DNA of 64,000 bases from Candidatus Eiseniibacteriota bacterium (GCA_963707915.1 OY970178.1:2496001-2560000); one strand, 5' to 3'. Numbered from the stretch's first letter, positions 1-11,027 are shown. The notes: generated by a model not told the origin, from the sequence alone. Program-made: numbers and translations.

Positions 1-131
1 TTCGCGTCCTCCTGCAGGATGGGGATGCTGATGCCCCCGAACGGGCCGGCGCCGATCTTCACGCCGACGGCGCCCGCGGCGCCCGCGCCGAGGACGAGCG
101 CGAGCAGAACGACCGGCAGGATCCTCTTCAT
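1..131 (-). CDS. Secreted or outer-membrane beta-barrel protein, N-terminal part (runs off the window)
   Basis: Not in the ORF track. The minus strand reads MKRILPVVLLALVLGAGAAGAVGVKIGAGPFGGISIPILQEDA from ATG at 131, with a GAGGAGG RBS and a classic signal peptide. Confidence 0.7.
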   Translation of the reverse strand, partial: MKRILPVVLLALVLGAGAAGAVGVKIGAGPFGGISIPILQEDA

Positions 132-181
132 GTGCCGTTCCCTCCTCTGGGTTGTCACCCCGGGACGCGTCCCGGGAGGAT

Positions 182-868
182 TCACTTCACCACGCGCACG
201 GCCACCACCCGGGCGGAGGCGTGGCGTGTGAGCCGGGCAGCGACGTGCTCCAGCATGAGCGACAGGTGGCCCTCGGCCCGCTCCGCCGGGCAGAACACCA
301 CCACCAGCAGCCGCGTGGTGGTCGCGGCGACCGAGGTGCGCCCGGAATCCGACGTCGGCGCGCCGAAGGGCCCGTCCTCGTCGGCCAGCAGCAGGCGACC
401 CGCGAGGTTCACCTGCTGCTTGCGGATCCCCGGGTAGCCCTCCCCCGCGCGGCCGGCCCGCGCCTGCACCGTGCCCCTGACGTGCTCGCGGTCGTACAGG
501 CCGAGCGGCAGCTGGTGCTCGAGCGAGCACAGGTTGCACACGTCCACCGCGAGGTTCACCCGCGGCAGGCCCTTGCCCTGCACCACGCGGCGCAGCAGCG
601 CCTCACTGCTCGGCCGGGTCTTGGTGGGGTCCACGCCGAGGCGGTGGAACAACGCGCGGGCCTCGGCGACACCGGGGATGGCGACCGGCGGACGGTCGGC
701 GTGCTCGGCCGCGAGGCGGGCGCAGACCTGCGCGCATTCCTCGTCGAACGCCGGCGGCACCGGCTCCATCCGGAGGTCATCGGCCGCGAGCAGCCCCAGG
801 GCGAGCACGCCGCGCAGCGAGTCCTCGACGGCGAGGCCCAGTTCGGGCGCGTGCGACTCCATCTCCAT
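182..868 (-). CDS. B3/B4 domain (PheRS beta editing-like) stand-alone protein
   Basis: Motifs LGVDPTKTRPSSEALLRR, PRVNLAVDVCNLCSL, LPLGLYD, LADEDGPFGAPTSDS. GGAG lies 8 nt before the ATG at 868. Confidence 0.85.
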   Translation of the reverse strand: MEMESHAPELGLAVEDSLRGVLALGLLAADDLRMEPVPPAFDEECAQVCARLAAEHADRPPVAIPGVAEARALFHRLGVDPTKTRPSSEALLRRVVQGKGLPRVNLAVDVCNLCSLEHQLPLGLYDREHVRGTVQARAGRAGEGYPGIRKQQVNLAGRLLLADEDGPFGAPTSDSGRTSVAATTTRLLVVVFCPAERAEGHLSLMLEHVAARLTRHASARVVAVRVVK

Positions 869-984
869 CGCGGTCACTCCGGCGCCGGGCCCCGCGGGTC
901 CGGGCCACGGTCGAGACTCTACTGGAACGCCGGGACACGCGGCGCGGACGGCGATCGCATGACCCGGCGGGTTTCGGACGGACT

Positions 985-1167
985 TCTGCTGGCTACCGAG
1001 TGGGCGGCGGGAAATCCCTTTCCGACCCAACAGTCCGGACGACGATGTCGTCCTTCGCTGCGGCCAAACTTCATTGTCTTCGCCGCCCACGCGAAATTCC
1101 GATATCGGGTGAGCGCGGCTTCGATGGGTGCGCCCATCGCGTGGATCCACGACGGGCAGCAAGCTCA
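985..1167 (-). ncRNA. Candidate structured ncRNA or leader RNA (~180 nt), family unknown
   Basis: Upstream TTGGAA-N17-TATGTT. The 5' and 3' ends can pair, 1000-1009 pairs with 1081-1090, and hairpins sit at 1037-1053 and 1122-1139. Confidence 0.45.
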
Positions 1168-1173
1168 GGCGCC

Positions 1174-1202
1174 AACATAGCGTGAACGGCCGGAGTTTCC
1201 AA
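1174..1202 (-). promoter_or_regulatory. sigma70-type promoter
   Basis: TTGGAA (1202-1197), 17 bp spacer, TATGTT (1179-1174). Confidence 0.5.
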
Positions 1203-1292
1203 GCACGAATTCACCGACGCGGCGCGATCCGCTGCGCAATGAGCGTGCCGGGGACGTTTTCACCCCGCCTCGCCGGATCCCGCGGACCGAGG

Positions 1293-4004
1293 TTACTTCT
1301 CGACCACGGGCAGCTTGCGCTCGACCGACACGACGCGCCAGCGCCGGGGCCCGGTCCCGTCCCCCAGCTCCACCTCGTCGCCGACCGAGTGGCCCATGAG
1401 CGCGCGGCCCACCGGAGTCTGGAAGGAGATCACGCTCTCGCCGTGGTGGTGCTCGTCCTCGCCCAGGATCCAGTAGCGGCGCGCCCCCTGGTCTCCACCC
1501 TCGAGCACGACCTCCGTGCCGAGGCCCACGACGCCCTCGCGGTACTCGGCGTCGTCCACGAACCGCGCCCGCGCCAGGCGCAACTGGAGCGAGGCGACCA
1601 TCTGGCTCACGTTGGCCTGCTTGAGCTTCGCCGAGTGGTACTCGGCGTTCTCGCTGAGGTCCCCCAGTTCCCGGGCCTTCTGGATCGCGGCCGGGATCGT
1701 CGTCCGCAACTCGCGCTCGAGCCGCCCGATCTCCTTCTGGAGACGCTCCCAGGTGGCCTGCGTCATGACCGGCAGCTCCGTCCCTTCGGCCTGCTGCCCC
1801 ACGCCCTCGAACAGCCGGTCCGTGCGCTTCTGCCGCTCGCCGCGGATCACCGCGACCTCCTCGGCGAGGCCGAGCTGCTCGAGCGCGTCGAGCGCCGGGA
1901 ACAGGTAGCGGTCGCTGGAGCGCCACCCGCGGAACAGGATGCGCACCTTGAGCTGCAGCTCCTCCGGACAGCGCTGGCCCTTCAGCAGGCGCTCGAAGGC
2001 CCCGCCCGGTTCCAGCCAGCGCTGCACCTTCTCGGCGACCGTGCGCTTGGGCCGGTCCTCGAGCAGCGCCAGCGCCGACCACAGCACGAGCCATCCGTCG
2101 GACGGGGCCACCGGGGCCCCCAGCTCGTCCTCGATGGAACGCAGCGCCGCGCCCGGGTAGCGCGCGGCGTGCAGCAGCAGCGTGCGCCGCAGGTCCGCCC
2201 GCCCCTCGTCGTCGAGCCGGGCGCTCAGCCGGGCGGCCTCCTCGCGCACCGCCGAGAAGCGCGAGTCGAGCGCGGAGAGGATCGCGTCGGACTCCACGCC
2301 GGGCGCGTGGGACACGGCGAGCAGCGCCAGCTGCTCCGCCTCGCCCGACAGGTCGGTGACCGCCAGGCCCTGCTCCCACAGGGTCCCGAGCACGCCGGTC
2401 CACTCGTCGCCGCGCTCGGGGAACCAGCGCGCGAAGTAGAGCCCGGCCCGGGCGCGGTCCACGCGCTCGCCCGCGTCGTCGATCATGGTGCGCTCGATGA
2501 ACCTCCCGAAGCGCTGCTTCAGCGCCGGCTCCGCGGCCGCGTGCTGCGAGAGGAACTTGCGCAGGGTCGTGAGGTTGGCGCGCGCCGGCTTGTTGACGGC
2601 GAGGCCCGGCAGCGGCGCCTCCGCCACCGCCGCCTCGGCGGTCGGGGCGACCTCGCCCTCGACCCGCAGGCGGTAGGACTGTTCGAAGGCGCGCGCGGCG
2701 TCGATGCGGGGATGTTTCGGGGCGGCGGCGCGCGCCTGCCGCCAGAACACGTTCCACTCCTTGAGCGGCACCAGGTCGGTTCCCACCAGGAACACCTTGA
2801 GCCGCTGCGCGTCGCCGGCGCCGCCGATCGCCCGGAGCGCGCGCGCCAGCACCTCGCCGGGCTCCTCGGCGCGCAGGCGCTTCATCTCGGCGGGCTGCGT
2901 GAGCTGCAGGAGCCGCAGGTCGTCCTCCGCCAGCGGGAGCAGCGACCGCTGCGCCGCGTCGTACGGCATGCGGTGGCGCTTCGAGCGCGCGAAGTCGAGC
3001 ACCACGACGTCGCCGTCGTTCGTGATCACGCGGCCGGCCTGCAGGGTCCCGTGCCAGACCGCGCGGCCCGGGGGCAGCGCGCCGATCCGGTCGAAGCGGG
3101 CGATCGCCTCGAGCAGCGGGCGCGTGCGCTCGGCCACTCCCGAGGCCGCGATCACCCCCGCCGCGTCGGGCAGGCCCGCGCCGGGGCCCTGGCGCAGGGC
3201 TTCGACCAGCGCGTCGCGGAAGCGCTCGCCGCCCGCGCCGCCCTCCTTCTCCACGGCGGCCCGGACCACCGCGCGCAGCGCCTCCTCGCACTCGCCGGTG
3301 CGGCCGGCGCGCGACAGCTCCGGCAGGGCGATGCGCACGAGCTGCTCGCACGGATCGAGCGCGCCGCGCTCGGCCGGCGCGGGCAGCGCCCGGACCAGGT
3401 CCACGAGGCCGTCCACGGCGCCGTGCTCGACGAATTCGAGCGCGGCCTCCTCGAGCCCGACGAAGCGGTCCTCGGCGGCGAACGCCGGCATCATCTCGGC
3501 CAGCAACTGGCGGCGCAGGTCGCCCTCGCCCGCCTCACCGAGACGTTGCGCGAGCAGCAGGCCGAGATCGAGGTCGTCGGTGAGGATGCGGAAGGCGCGC
3601 TCGAGCGCCTCGAGCCGGTCCGGGTCGCGCGCCAGGCCCTCGTGGGCGCGCACCAGCAGGCGGGCGCCGGCGTGGGTCTCCTCGAGCGACAGGCTCCGTT
3701 CGGCCACGGCGGCGAGCGGCTCCCACTCCCCCGTGGCGCCCAGCCGCTCTCCCAGCGCCAGCAGCGTCTGCAGGGCGCGTTCGGTCTCGCCGTTCAGGGC
3801 GCAGGCCAGGGCGAGGAGATACTCCACCCCGGGAGTGGCCCCGGACTGCCGCTGGCGGGCCGCGCACTCGTCGCGCACCATCGTCAGCGATCGTTCCGCG
3901 AGGGCCTGGGCGACGAAGGTCTCGAGGCGTTCGCGCGTCGGAGGCGTGAGTTCGGCGGCCTCCTCGCCGCGCAGGACGGAAGAAAGGTCGGCTCGAATGG
4001 TCAT
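1293..4004 (-). CDS. greA: Transcription elongation factor GreA with ~740-aa N-terminal helical extension
   Basis: C-terminus has ARELGDLSENAEYHSAK, VGLGTEV and ISFQTPVGRALMG. Confidence 0.85.
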   Translation of the reverse strand: MTIRADLSSVLRGEEAAELTPPTRERLETFVAQALAERSLTMVRDECAARQRQSGATPGVEYLLALACALNGETERALQTLLALGERLGATGEWEPLAAVAERSLSLEETHAGARLLVRAHEGLARDPDRLEALERAFRILTDDLDLGLLLAQRLGEAGEGDLRRQLLAEMMPAFAAEDRFVGLEEAALEFVEHGAVDGLVDLVRALPAPAERGALDPCEQLVRIALPELSRAGRTGECEEALRAVVRAAVEKEGGAGGERFRDALVEALRQGPGAGLPDAAGVIAASGVAERTRPLLEAIARFDRIGALPPGRAVWHGTLQAGRVITNDGDVVVLDFARSKRHRMPYDAAQRSLLPLAEDDLRLLQLTQPAEMKRLRAEEPGEVLARALRAIGGAGDAQRLKVFLVGTDLVPLKEWNVFWRQARAAAPKHPRIDAARAFEQSYRLRVEGEVAPTAEAAVAEAPLPGLAVNKPARANLTTLRKFLSQHAAAEPALKQRFGRFIERTMIDDAGERVDRARAGLYFARWFPERGDEWTGVLGTLWEQGLAVTDLSGEAEQLALLAVSHAPGVESDAILSALDSRFSAVREEAARLSARLDDEGRADLRRTLLLHAARYPGAALRSIEDELGAPVAPSDGWLVLWSALALLEDRPKRTVAEKVQRWLEPGGAFERLLKGQRCPEELQLKVRILFRGWRSSDRYLFPALDALEQLGLAEEVAVIRGERQKRTDRLFEGVGQQAEGTELPVMTQATWERLQKEIGRLERELRTTIPAAIQKARELGDLSENAEYHSAKLKQANVSQMVASLQLRLARARFVDDAEYREGVVGLGTEVVLEGGDQGARRYWILGEDEHHHGESVISFQTPVGRALMGHSVGDEVELGDGTGPRRWRVVSVERKLPVVEK

Positions 4005-4133
4005 GGGAGTCCTGGGAGAGGTGTCCGGATGGCCGGAAGGGCACCCATCTTTGCTCAGTCGGGACCGCGAGGCAAGGCGGGTGCCGGACGAAGACCTTGT
4101 GCGGCCCGGCGGCGCCCCCTAGACTGCTGGCCC

Positions 4134-4685
4134 ATGAGGATCTACACCCGCACCGGCGACGACGGCACGACCGGGCTGCTGGGCCCCGGCCGGGTGTTGA
4201 AGAACGCGGCGCGGGTGGAGGCCTGCGGCGCCGTGGACGAGTTGAACGCGGCGCTGGGCGTGGTCCGCACCCTCGATCCCGACGGCTGGCTCGCCGCCGA
4301 GCTCGCCACGATCCAGTCCAGGCTCTTCCACGTCGGCGCCGAGCTGGCCGCCCTCACGCCGGATGTCCCGGCGCAGCGGGATCGCATCGGCGACGAGGAC
4401 GTGGCCGCGCTCGAACGGTGGATCGACCGGCTCGACGCCGAACTGGCCCCGCTCACGAGCTTCGTGCTGCCGGGCGGGTCCGCGCTCGCGGCCCAGCTGC
4501 ACGTCACGCGCGCGGTCTGTCGCCGCGCCGAGCGCCGGACCGTGTCGCTGCTCCAGGCCGAGCCGGTCGAACTGCGCCTGGTGCGCTACCTGAACCGTCT
4601 CGGGGACCTGCTCTTCGTCATGGCGCGCTGGTGCAACCGACGCGCGGGCGTCCCCGAGACGGAGTGGCACTCCCGGCGGCCCTGA
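4134..4685 (+). CDS. ATP:cob(I)alamin adenosyltransferase, PduO type
   Basis: MRIYTRTGDDGTT, VDELNAALG, FVLPGG, RAVCRRAERR, YLNRLGDLLF. Confidence 0.92.
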   Translation: MRIYTRTGDDGTTGLLGPGRVLKNAARVEACGAVDELNAALGVVRTLDPDGWLAAELATIQSRLFHVGAELAALTPDVPAQRDRIGDEDVAALERWIDRLDAELAPLTSFVLPGGSALAAQLHVTRAVCRRAERRTVSLLQAEPVELRLVRYLNRLGDLLFVMARWCNRRAGVPETEWHSRRP

Positions 4686-4736
4686 CCCCGCCGGACCCGC
4701 CCGCGGGCCCCGCCGATCGGGGCGGGACCGGGCCTC

Positions 4737-4764
4737 TGGACAAGCGATGGCCTGGCGGCGATAA
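4737..4764 (+). promoter_or_regulatory. sigma70-type promoter of the 4795 gene
   Basis: TGGACA...GATAAT upstream of a GAGGAGG RBS. Confidence 0.4.
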
Positions 4765-4794
4765 TGGCCGCTGCACACCCTCCGAGGAGGATTC

Positions 4795-5979
4795 ATGCAG
4801 CGGATGCCCGGTTCCATCGCATCCGGCCGTTGCTCCCCTCGTGAGTGGCTCCCCACCCTGATCCTCGCGCTCCTGCTGTCCACCTCCGTGAGCGCGGACG
4901 TGGTGATCAAGGAGAAGTCCGTTTCCGAGGGCCTGGGCGGCTTCGGCAACGGGACCACCAGCCGCACGTTGATCGTGGCCGGGGACAAGAGCCGCTCCGA
5001 GGACGAGTTCACGTACACCGGCCGGTTCAAGACGCTGGCAGGCGGCGGCAAGCCCCGCACGACGGTCTCCATCACCCGGCTCGACCGCGAGGTCGTCTGG
5101 AACCTGGAGCCGCAGAAGAAGCAGTACACCGAGCTCACGTTCGCCCAGATGCGGGAGCTGATGCAGCAGGGCCTCGCCGCGGGCGAGCAGGCCGCGCGCG
5201 AATCCCGGGCCGAGGACGCGCGGGCGAAGGACGCCGAGATGACGTTCACGGTGGACGTCAAGCGCACCGGCGCGAAGGAGACGCTGAACGGCTTCCCGAC
5301 CGAGCAGGTCGTCATCACCTGCGTCGGCCGGCCGAAGAACCCGCAGAAGGGCGCGGAGAACGCCGAGATCCGCCTGGTGATGGACGAATGGCTCACGAAG
5401 AGCGCGCCGGGCGGGCAGGAACAGGCGGAGTTCCACCGCCGCTTCGCCGAGAAGCTCGGTCTCGATCCGCAGCTGTCGGGCGTCGGCGCCACGGCGCGGC
5501 AGATGTACGGCAACGGCATGAAGGAGCTGGCCGCGAAGATGAAGGAGCTGGGCGGAGTGGCGATCCGGAGCACCTTCACCATCGAGGGGCCGGCCGGGGC
5601 CCCCGGCGAGCCGGCGCCGACGGCCGCGCAACTCGAGGCGCGCCAGGCGGAGGCCGGGGCCGACCGCGAGAAGGCCCGGGAACAGGCCGCGGCCGACGAG
5701 AAGAAGCAGGACCAGGAAGACGCGAAGGACCTCGCCACCTCGGGCGGCGGCGTCAAGGGCAAGCTGGGCGGATTCCTCGGGCGCAAGCTCGCCGGCGCCG
5801 CGCAGAAGAAGGCCGAGGACAAGGTCGAGAAGAAGGCCGGGGAGACGTCCTCCCCGGGCACGACGGCGGGCGGCCCCCTGATGAAGGTGGTCACCGAGGT
5901 GTCCAGCATCACCACCTCGCCCGCACCGGCCGGCAGCTTCGACGTGCCGGCCGGCTACAAGCTGCAAGAGAGGAAGTGA
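4795..5979 (+). CDS. Secreted protein, DUF4412-like
   Basis: Hydrophobic signal segment; ITRLDREVVWNLEPQKKQYTEL, TGAKETLNGF and a C-terminal FDVPAGYK; strong RBS. Confidence 0.65.
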   Translation: MQRMPGSIASGRCSPREWLPTLILALLLSTSVSADVVIKEKSVSEGLGGFGNGTTSRTLIVAGDKSRSEDEFTYTGRFKTLAGGGKPRTTVSITRLDREVVWNLEPQKKQYTELTFAQMRELMQQGLAAGEQAARESRAEDARAKDAEMTFTVDVKRTGAKETLNGFPTEQVVITCVGRPKNPQKGAENAEIRLVMDEWLTKSAPGGQEQAEFHRRFAEKLGLDPQLSGVGATARQMYGNGMKELAAKMKELGGVAIRSTFTIEGPAGAPGEPAPTAAQLEARQAEAGADREKAREQAAADEKKQDQEDAKDLATSGGGVKGKLGGFLGRKLAGAAQKKAEDKVEKKAGETSSPGTTAGGPLMKVVTEVSSITTSPAPAGSFDVPAGYKLQERK

Positions 5980-6138
5980 GGATCGGCGGGTAGAGGCCCG
6001 CGGGCGCGGCGGAGTCCGTTCCGCGCCCGCGTGGGTTTCCCCGCGCGGTCCCGCAGTGAACACCCCGCGTCCATTCGGTGGCGCCCCTGCAGTCGCCTCA
6101 TCCGGCGCCGGAGCGATGGACCCGCAGAAGGAACGTCC

Positions 6139-7369
6139 ATGAGATCACGTCGTCGCCGGCCACGAGGACCACGCCCGCCCCAGCAGCCCGGGTCGGTCGC
6201 GGGTGACCCAGGTCTCCCCCAGGCTGGCGCGGAAGGCGAAGCGCCTTCCGATCCCGGCGGGCCCTCCCGTCCCGCGGGACAGCAGGGATCCGGCAATCGC
6301 CGGCGCAGCGGACGCCGCGGCGGGGGCCGGCCGCTCAGCAACGCGTCGCCCCAGCCCTACGCGAGCCCCCAGGGCGGCGCCCGCCAGCAGGGCCCGCGCC
6401 AGCGCCGTCGCGGTCGCACCGGTGGCGGTGGCGGCGGCGGGAACAACCAGCCGGCCCGGCGGCGCGGCCTCGAGTTGCTTCGCGACCTGCAGCAGGCGGG
6501 CGCGGCGCTCGATCCCGACGGAACGCTTCGTCCTCGAACTGCTGCCCGGCCAGGGCAACCCGCCGTACGGCGACCGCACCACCGGGCGCTGCATCGACAT
6601 CATCGCCCCGCTCGGCCGCGGCCAGCGCTGCCTGATCGTTTCGCCCCCGAAGGCCGGCAAGACCCGCATCCTGCAGAGCATCGCCGCCTCGATCGCGCAC
6701 AACCACCCCGAGGTGGCGATCTACGCGTTGCTCGTGGACGAACGGCCCGAGGAGGTCACCGACTTCCGCCGCAACACCCCGGCGGAGGTCATCGCCGCCT
6801 CGAGCGACATGACCATCCAGGAGCACATCGAGACCGCGGAGCGCGCCATGGAGACCGTGGCGGCCCAGGTGCTCGAAGGCAAGGACGTGGTGCTGTTGCT
6901 CGATTCGATCACCCGCCTCTCGCGCGCCTACAACAACGCCTCCGAGGGCTCGGGGCGCACGATGTCGGGCGGGCTCGACGCCACCACCATGCAGGCGCCG
7001 CGCATGATCTTCGGCGCCGCCCGCAAGATCGAGGGCAGCGGCTCGCTCACCATCGCGGGCACCGCGCTGATCGACACCGGCTCGCGCATGGACCAGGTCA
7101 TCTTCGAGGAGTTCAAGGGCACCGGGAACAGCGAGATCTACCTGTCGCGCGAGCTGGCGGAGCGCCGCATCTACCCGGCCATCGACGTCGCCAAGAGCGG
7201 CACGCGCAAGGAGGAGAAGCTCTACCCGCCCGAGATCGTCCCGCGGCTCCACATGCTGCGGCGCGGGCTCGCCGGACTGCACTCGCAGGAGGCGATGACC
7301 AAGCTGCTGGAGCTGATGAACCGCTGCAAGACCAACGCCGAGATCTTCGAGTTGCTGTCGCGGGCGTAG
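6139..7369 (+). CDS. rho: Transcription termination factor Rho, short form without the OB RNA-binding domain; needs a +1 frameshift near 6460-6517
   Basis: The ATPase core (APLGRGQR, PPKAGKT, DERPEE, DSITRL, FEEFKGTGN) is in the frame ending at 7369. The RBS (AGAAGGA) plus ATG at 6139 opens a different frame encoding an R/G/Q-rich N-terminus. Confidence 0.85.
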
Positions 7370-7445
7370 CGCGCACGCGGCACGGACGCGCGGGGACGGG
7401 GCCGGGCGGCTCCGGGCGCGCGCCGCGCGGGACCGGCGCGCCGGC

Positions 7446-8567
7446 CTACGAACCGGCCAGGGACGCGATCAGCGCCTCGACCTGATCGCATTGCCGGTGG
7501 TGCGAGAATCGTTCGGCCGCGGCGCAGGCCCGGCTGCCGTAGTCCCGGCGGAGCCGCTCGTCCCGGGCGAAGGCGGCGAGGGCCCGCGCGAGCGCGGCCG
7601 GGTCCGCCGGCGGGACCAGCAGGCCGGTGGCCCCGTCCTCGACGATCTCGGGGGTGCCGCCGCTCGCCGTGCCCACCACCGGAAGACCGGACGCCATCGC
7701 CTCGATGGTGACGAGCCCGTACGTCTCGGCGAGGCTGGTCAGCACGAAGATGTCGAGGGCGCGGTAGGCGGTCTCGACGTCCGCCCGGAAGGGCCTGAAG
7801 TGCACGCGGTCCGGCACGCCCTCCTCCGCCGCGATCCGCGCGAGCCGGTCGCCGTAGCCCTGCCGCTCGTCGCGCGTGTCCTCCCCGACCAGCAGCGCGT
7901 GGAGGTCGAGCCCCTCCCGCCGCAGGAGCGCCACCGCGCGGACCAGGTGCTCCTGCCCCTTCCCCCGGTCGTACCGGCCGACCGTCCCCGCCACCAGGAC
8001 CGACGGCGGCAGGCCGAGCGTCTCGCGCGCCTGTTCCCGGCTCCGGGCGCGGTCGCGGAAGCGCCCAAGATCGACGCCGTGCGGGATGACCCGGATCCGG
8101 CGTTCGTCCAGCGTGGTCCGCTCGCGGACCTGTCGTGCCAGCCATGGCAGCGGGGCGACCCAGGCGTCGATGGTGCGCTGTTCGATCCGGTGGAAGACGT
8201 CGCGCTTCGAGACGCCGAGCTGCATGTGCTGGAAGTGGACGAGGGCGAATCGCGCCCCGGTGAGCCGGGCGAGGGCCGCGGCGCGCAGGTCCCGCGACCC
8301 GTTCGTCAGGACGGCGACGCTGCGATCCTCGCGCACGGAACGTCGCACCTCCGCCACCGCCGCGGCGAGGGACCCGCGGCGGATGCCCCGGCCCGGCAGC
8401 CGCCGTTCCGCGCCGCGCCGGAGGAAGGGCGCGTCCCGCGCGCCCAGCAGCGTGCACGCATGGCCCCGGTCCCGCATCCACGAGGCGAGGTCGAGCGCGG
8501 CGAGCTCGGCGCCGCCGAGCGCCGTCGAGGTGCAGAGGATCGAGAGCCGGAGTGCCCCGTCGGTCAT
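7446..8567 (-). CDS. Glycosyltransferase family 4
   Basis: GGAE, IPHGVD, VGRYDRGKGQ, ETYGLVTIEAMASGLPVV. Confidence 0.9.
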   Translation of the reverse strand: MTDGALRLSILCTSTALGGAELAALDLASWMRDRGHACTLLGARDAPFLRRGAERRLPGRGIRRGSLAAAVAEVRRSVREDRSVAVLTNGSRDLRAAALARLTGARFALVHFQHMQLGVSKRDVFHRIEQRTIDAWVAPLPWLARQVRERTTLDERRIRVIPHGVDLGRFRDRARSREQARETLGLPPSVLVAGTVGRYDRGKGQEHLVRAVALLRREGLDLHALLVGEDTRDERQGYGDRLARIAAEEGVPDRVHFRPFRADVETAYRALDIFVLTSLAETYGLVTIEAMASGLPVVGTASGGTPEIVEDGATGLLVPPADPAALARALAAFARDERLRRDYGSRACAAAERFSHHRQCDQVEALIASLAGS

Positions 8568-8785
8568 TCCGGCACGTTGCGCAATGCGCCCGGGCGCGTC
8601 AAGCGCCGGTCCCGCGGCGCCCGGCGGTTCCCGGGGCCGCGACGGGCGCCGTCGACGGAGCGCGGCGCCCGCCGGTCCGGGCCGGGCGCGGCGCGGACGC
8701 TTGAACGGCCGTCCGCGGGTGGGCTAGGCTCGCGCCGGCACCGTGAGAGGAAGTCCCTGTCGGTCATCCGTGAACCGGGAGCGTG

Positions 8786-9793
8786 ATGCAGAGTTCCGAT
8801 CGGGAACCGGGGACCGGCCCCGCGACCGAACGAGTCGCCGCGGTGGTGCTCAACTGGAACGGCTGGCGCGACACGGTCGCCTGCCTCGAGTCTCTCCGGA
8901 GCCTGGACGAGGTTCCGCGCGTCGTCGTGGTCGACAACGGCTCGACCGACGACTCCCTCGACCGGATCCGCGCGGCGGCGCCCTGGGCCCGGCTCGTCGC
9001 GCTCCTGACGAACCGGGGCTTTAGCGGCGGCATGAACGCCGGCATCTCCGCCGCGCTGCGCGAGAAGCCCCCGGTGGACTACGTCTGGGTGCTGAACAAC
9101 GACACCCTCGCCGAGCCCGCGACCCTCGGGCGCATGGTGGCGCTCGCCGATTCCGACCCCCGGATCGGGATCGTGGGAGGGCGCCTGGTGGAGGCCGACG
9201 GCTCGGGCCGGGTCCAGGCGCTGGGCGGCGGGGACGTCCATCCCTGGATCGGGACGACGTCGCTCCGCGTGACGGCATCGCAGCGGGCGTACGACCACCT
9301 GGCCGGAGCGAGCCTCCTGGTGCGACGGGCGGTCCTCCACCGCGTCGGGGGCTTCGACGAGCGCTACTTCTTCTACCTGGAGGACATCGACCTGAGCCTC
9401 CGGGCGCGCCGGGCGGGCTGGCGGCTCGCGGTCGCCCACGACGCGACGATCGTCCATCGGCTCGGCGCGTCGGTCGGAGACGGCCCGGGACTGCGAGGGC
9501 TCCGCTCCGACCTGTTCTTCGCGCGCAGCTCGGGCATCTTCGTGGCGGGCCTGGACCTGCCCTGGCGGATCACCGCCGTCCCGCTGCGCCTGGCGGGCAT
9601 GCTGGTCAACCGGCTCGCCCGGGCGCAGGCCGACCGCCTCGTACCGATGACGCGGGCCTACCTCGAGGGGCTGAGCATCGGCCGCCTGCGCCCGGAGATC
9701 CCGCACTTCGGCATCGAGGAATCCCGCAGACCCGCGCGACCGGACCGGACCGCGCCGGTCGAGATCGACGCCGCGAGGACCCGCCAGGCCTGA
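8786..9793 (+). CDS. Glycosyltransferase family 2 (rhamnosyltransferase-like)
   Basis: VVLNWNG, VVDNGSTD, NRGFSGGMN, LNNDT, GGFDERYFFYLEDIDL. Confidence 0.9.
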   Translation: MQSSDREPGTGPATERVAAVVLNWNGWRDTVACLESLRSLDEVPRVVVVDNGSTDDSLDRIRAAAPWARLVALLTNRGFSGGMNAGISAALREKPPVDYVWVLNNDTLAEPATLGRMVALADSDPRIGIVGGRLVEADGSGRVQALGGGDVHPWIGTTSLRVTASQRAYDHLAGASLLVRRAVLHRVGGFDERYFFYLEDIDLSLRARRAGWRLAVAHDATIVHRLGASVGDGPGLRGLRSDLFFARSSGIFVAGLDLPWRITAVPLRLAGMLVNRLARAQADRLVPMTRAYLEGLSIGRLRPEIPHFGIEESRRPARPDRTAPVEIDAARTRQA

Positions 9794-9806
9794 CCGGGAC
9801 CGCCCT

Positions 9807-11026
<1,220 letters not shown>

Positions 11027-11027
<1 letters not shown>

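Noticed and set aside
870..1167. T-box riboswitch upstream of the B3/B4 gene
   Set aside because: No UGGNACC antiterminator bulge or recognisable stem I; kept only as an unknown structured RNA.
6203..6510. GTG-started in-frame N-terminus of Rho from the ORF track
   Set aside because: No RBS and shadow-like composition; the frame from ATG 6139 is more credible.
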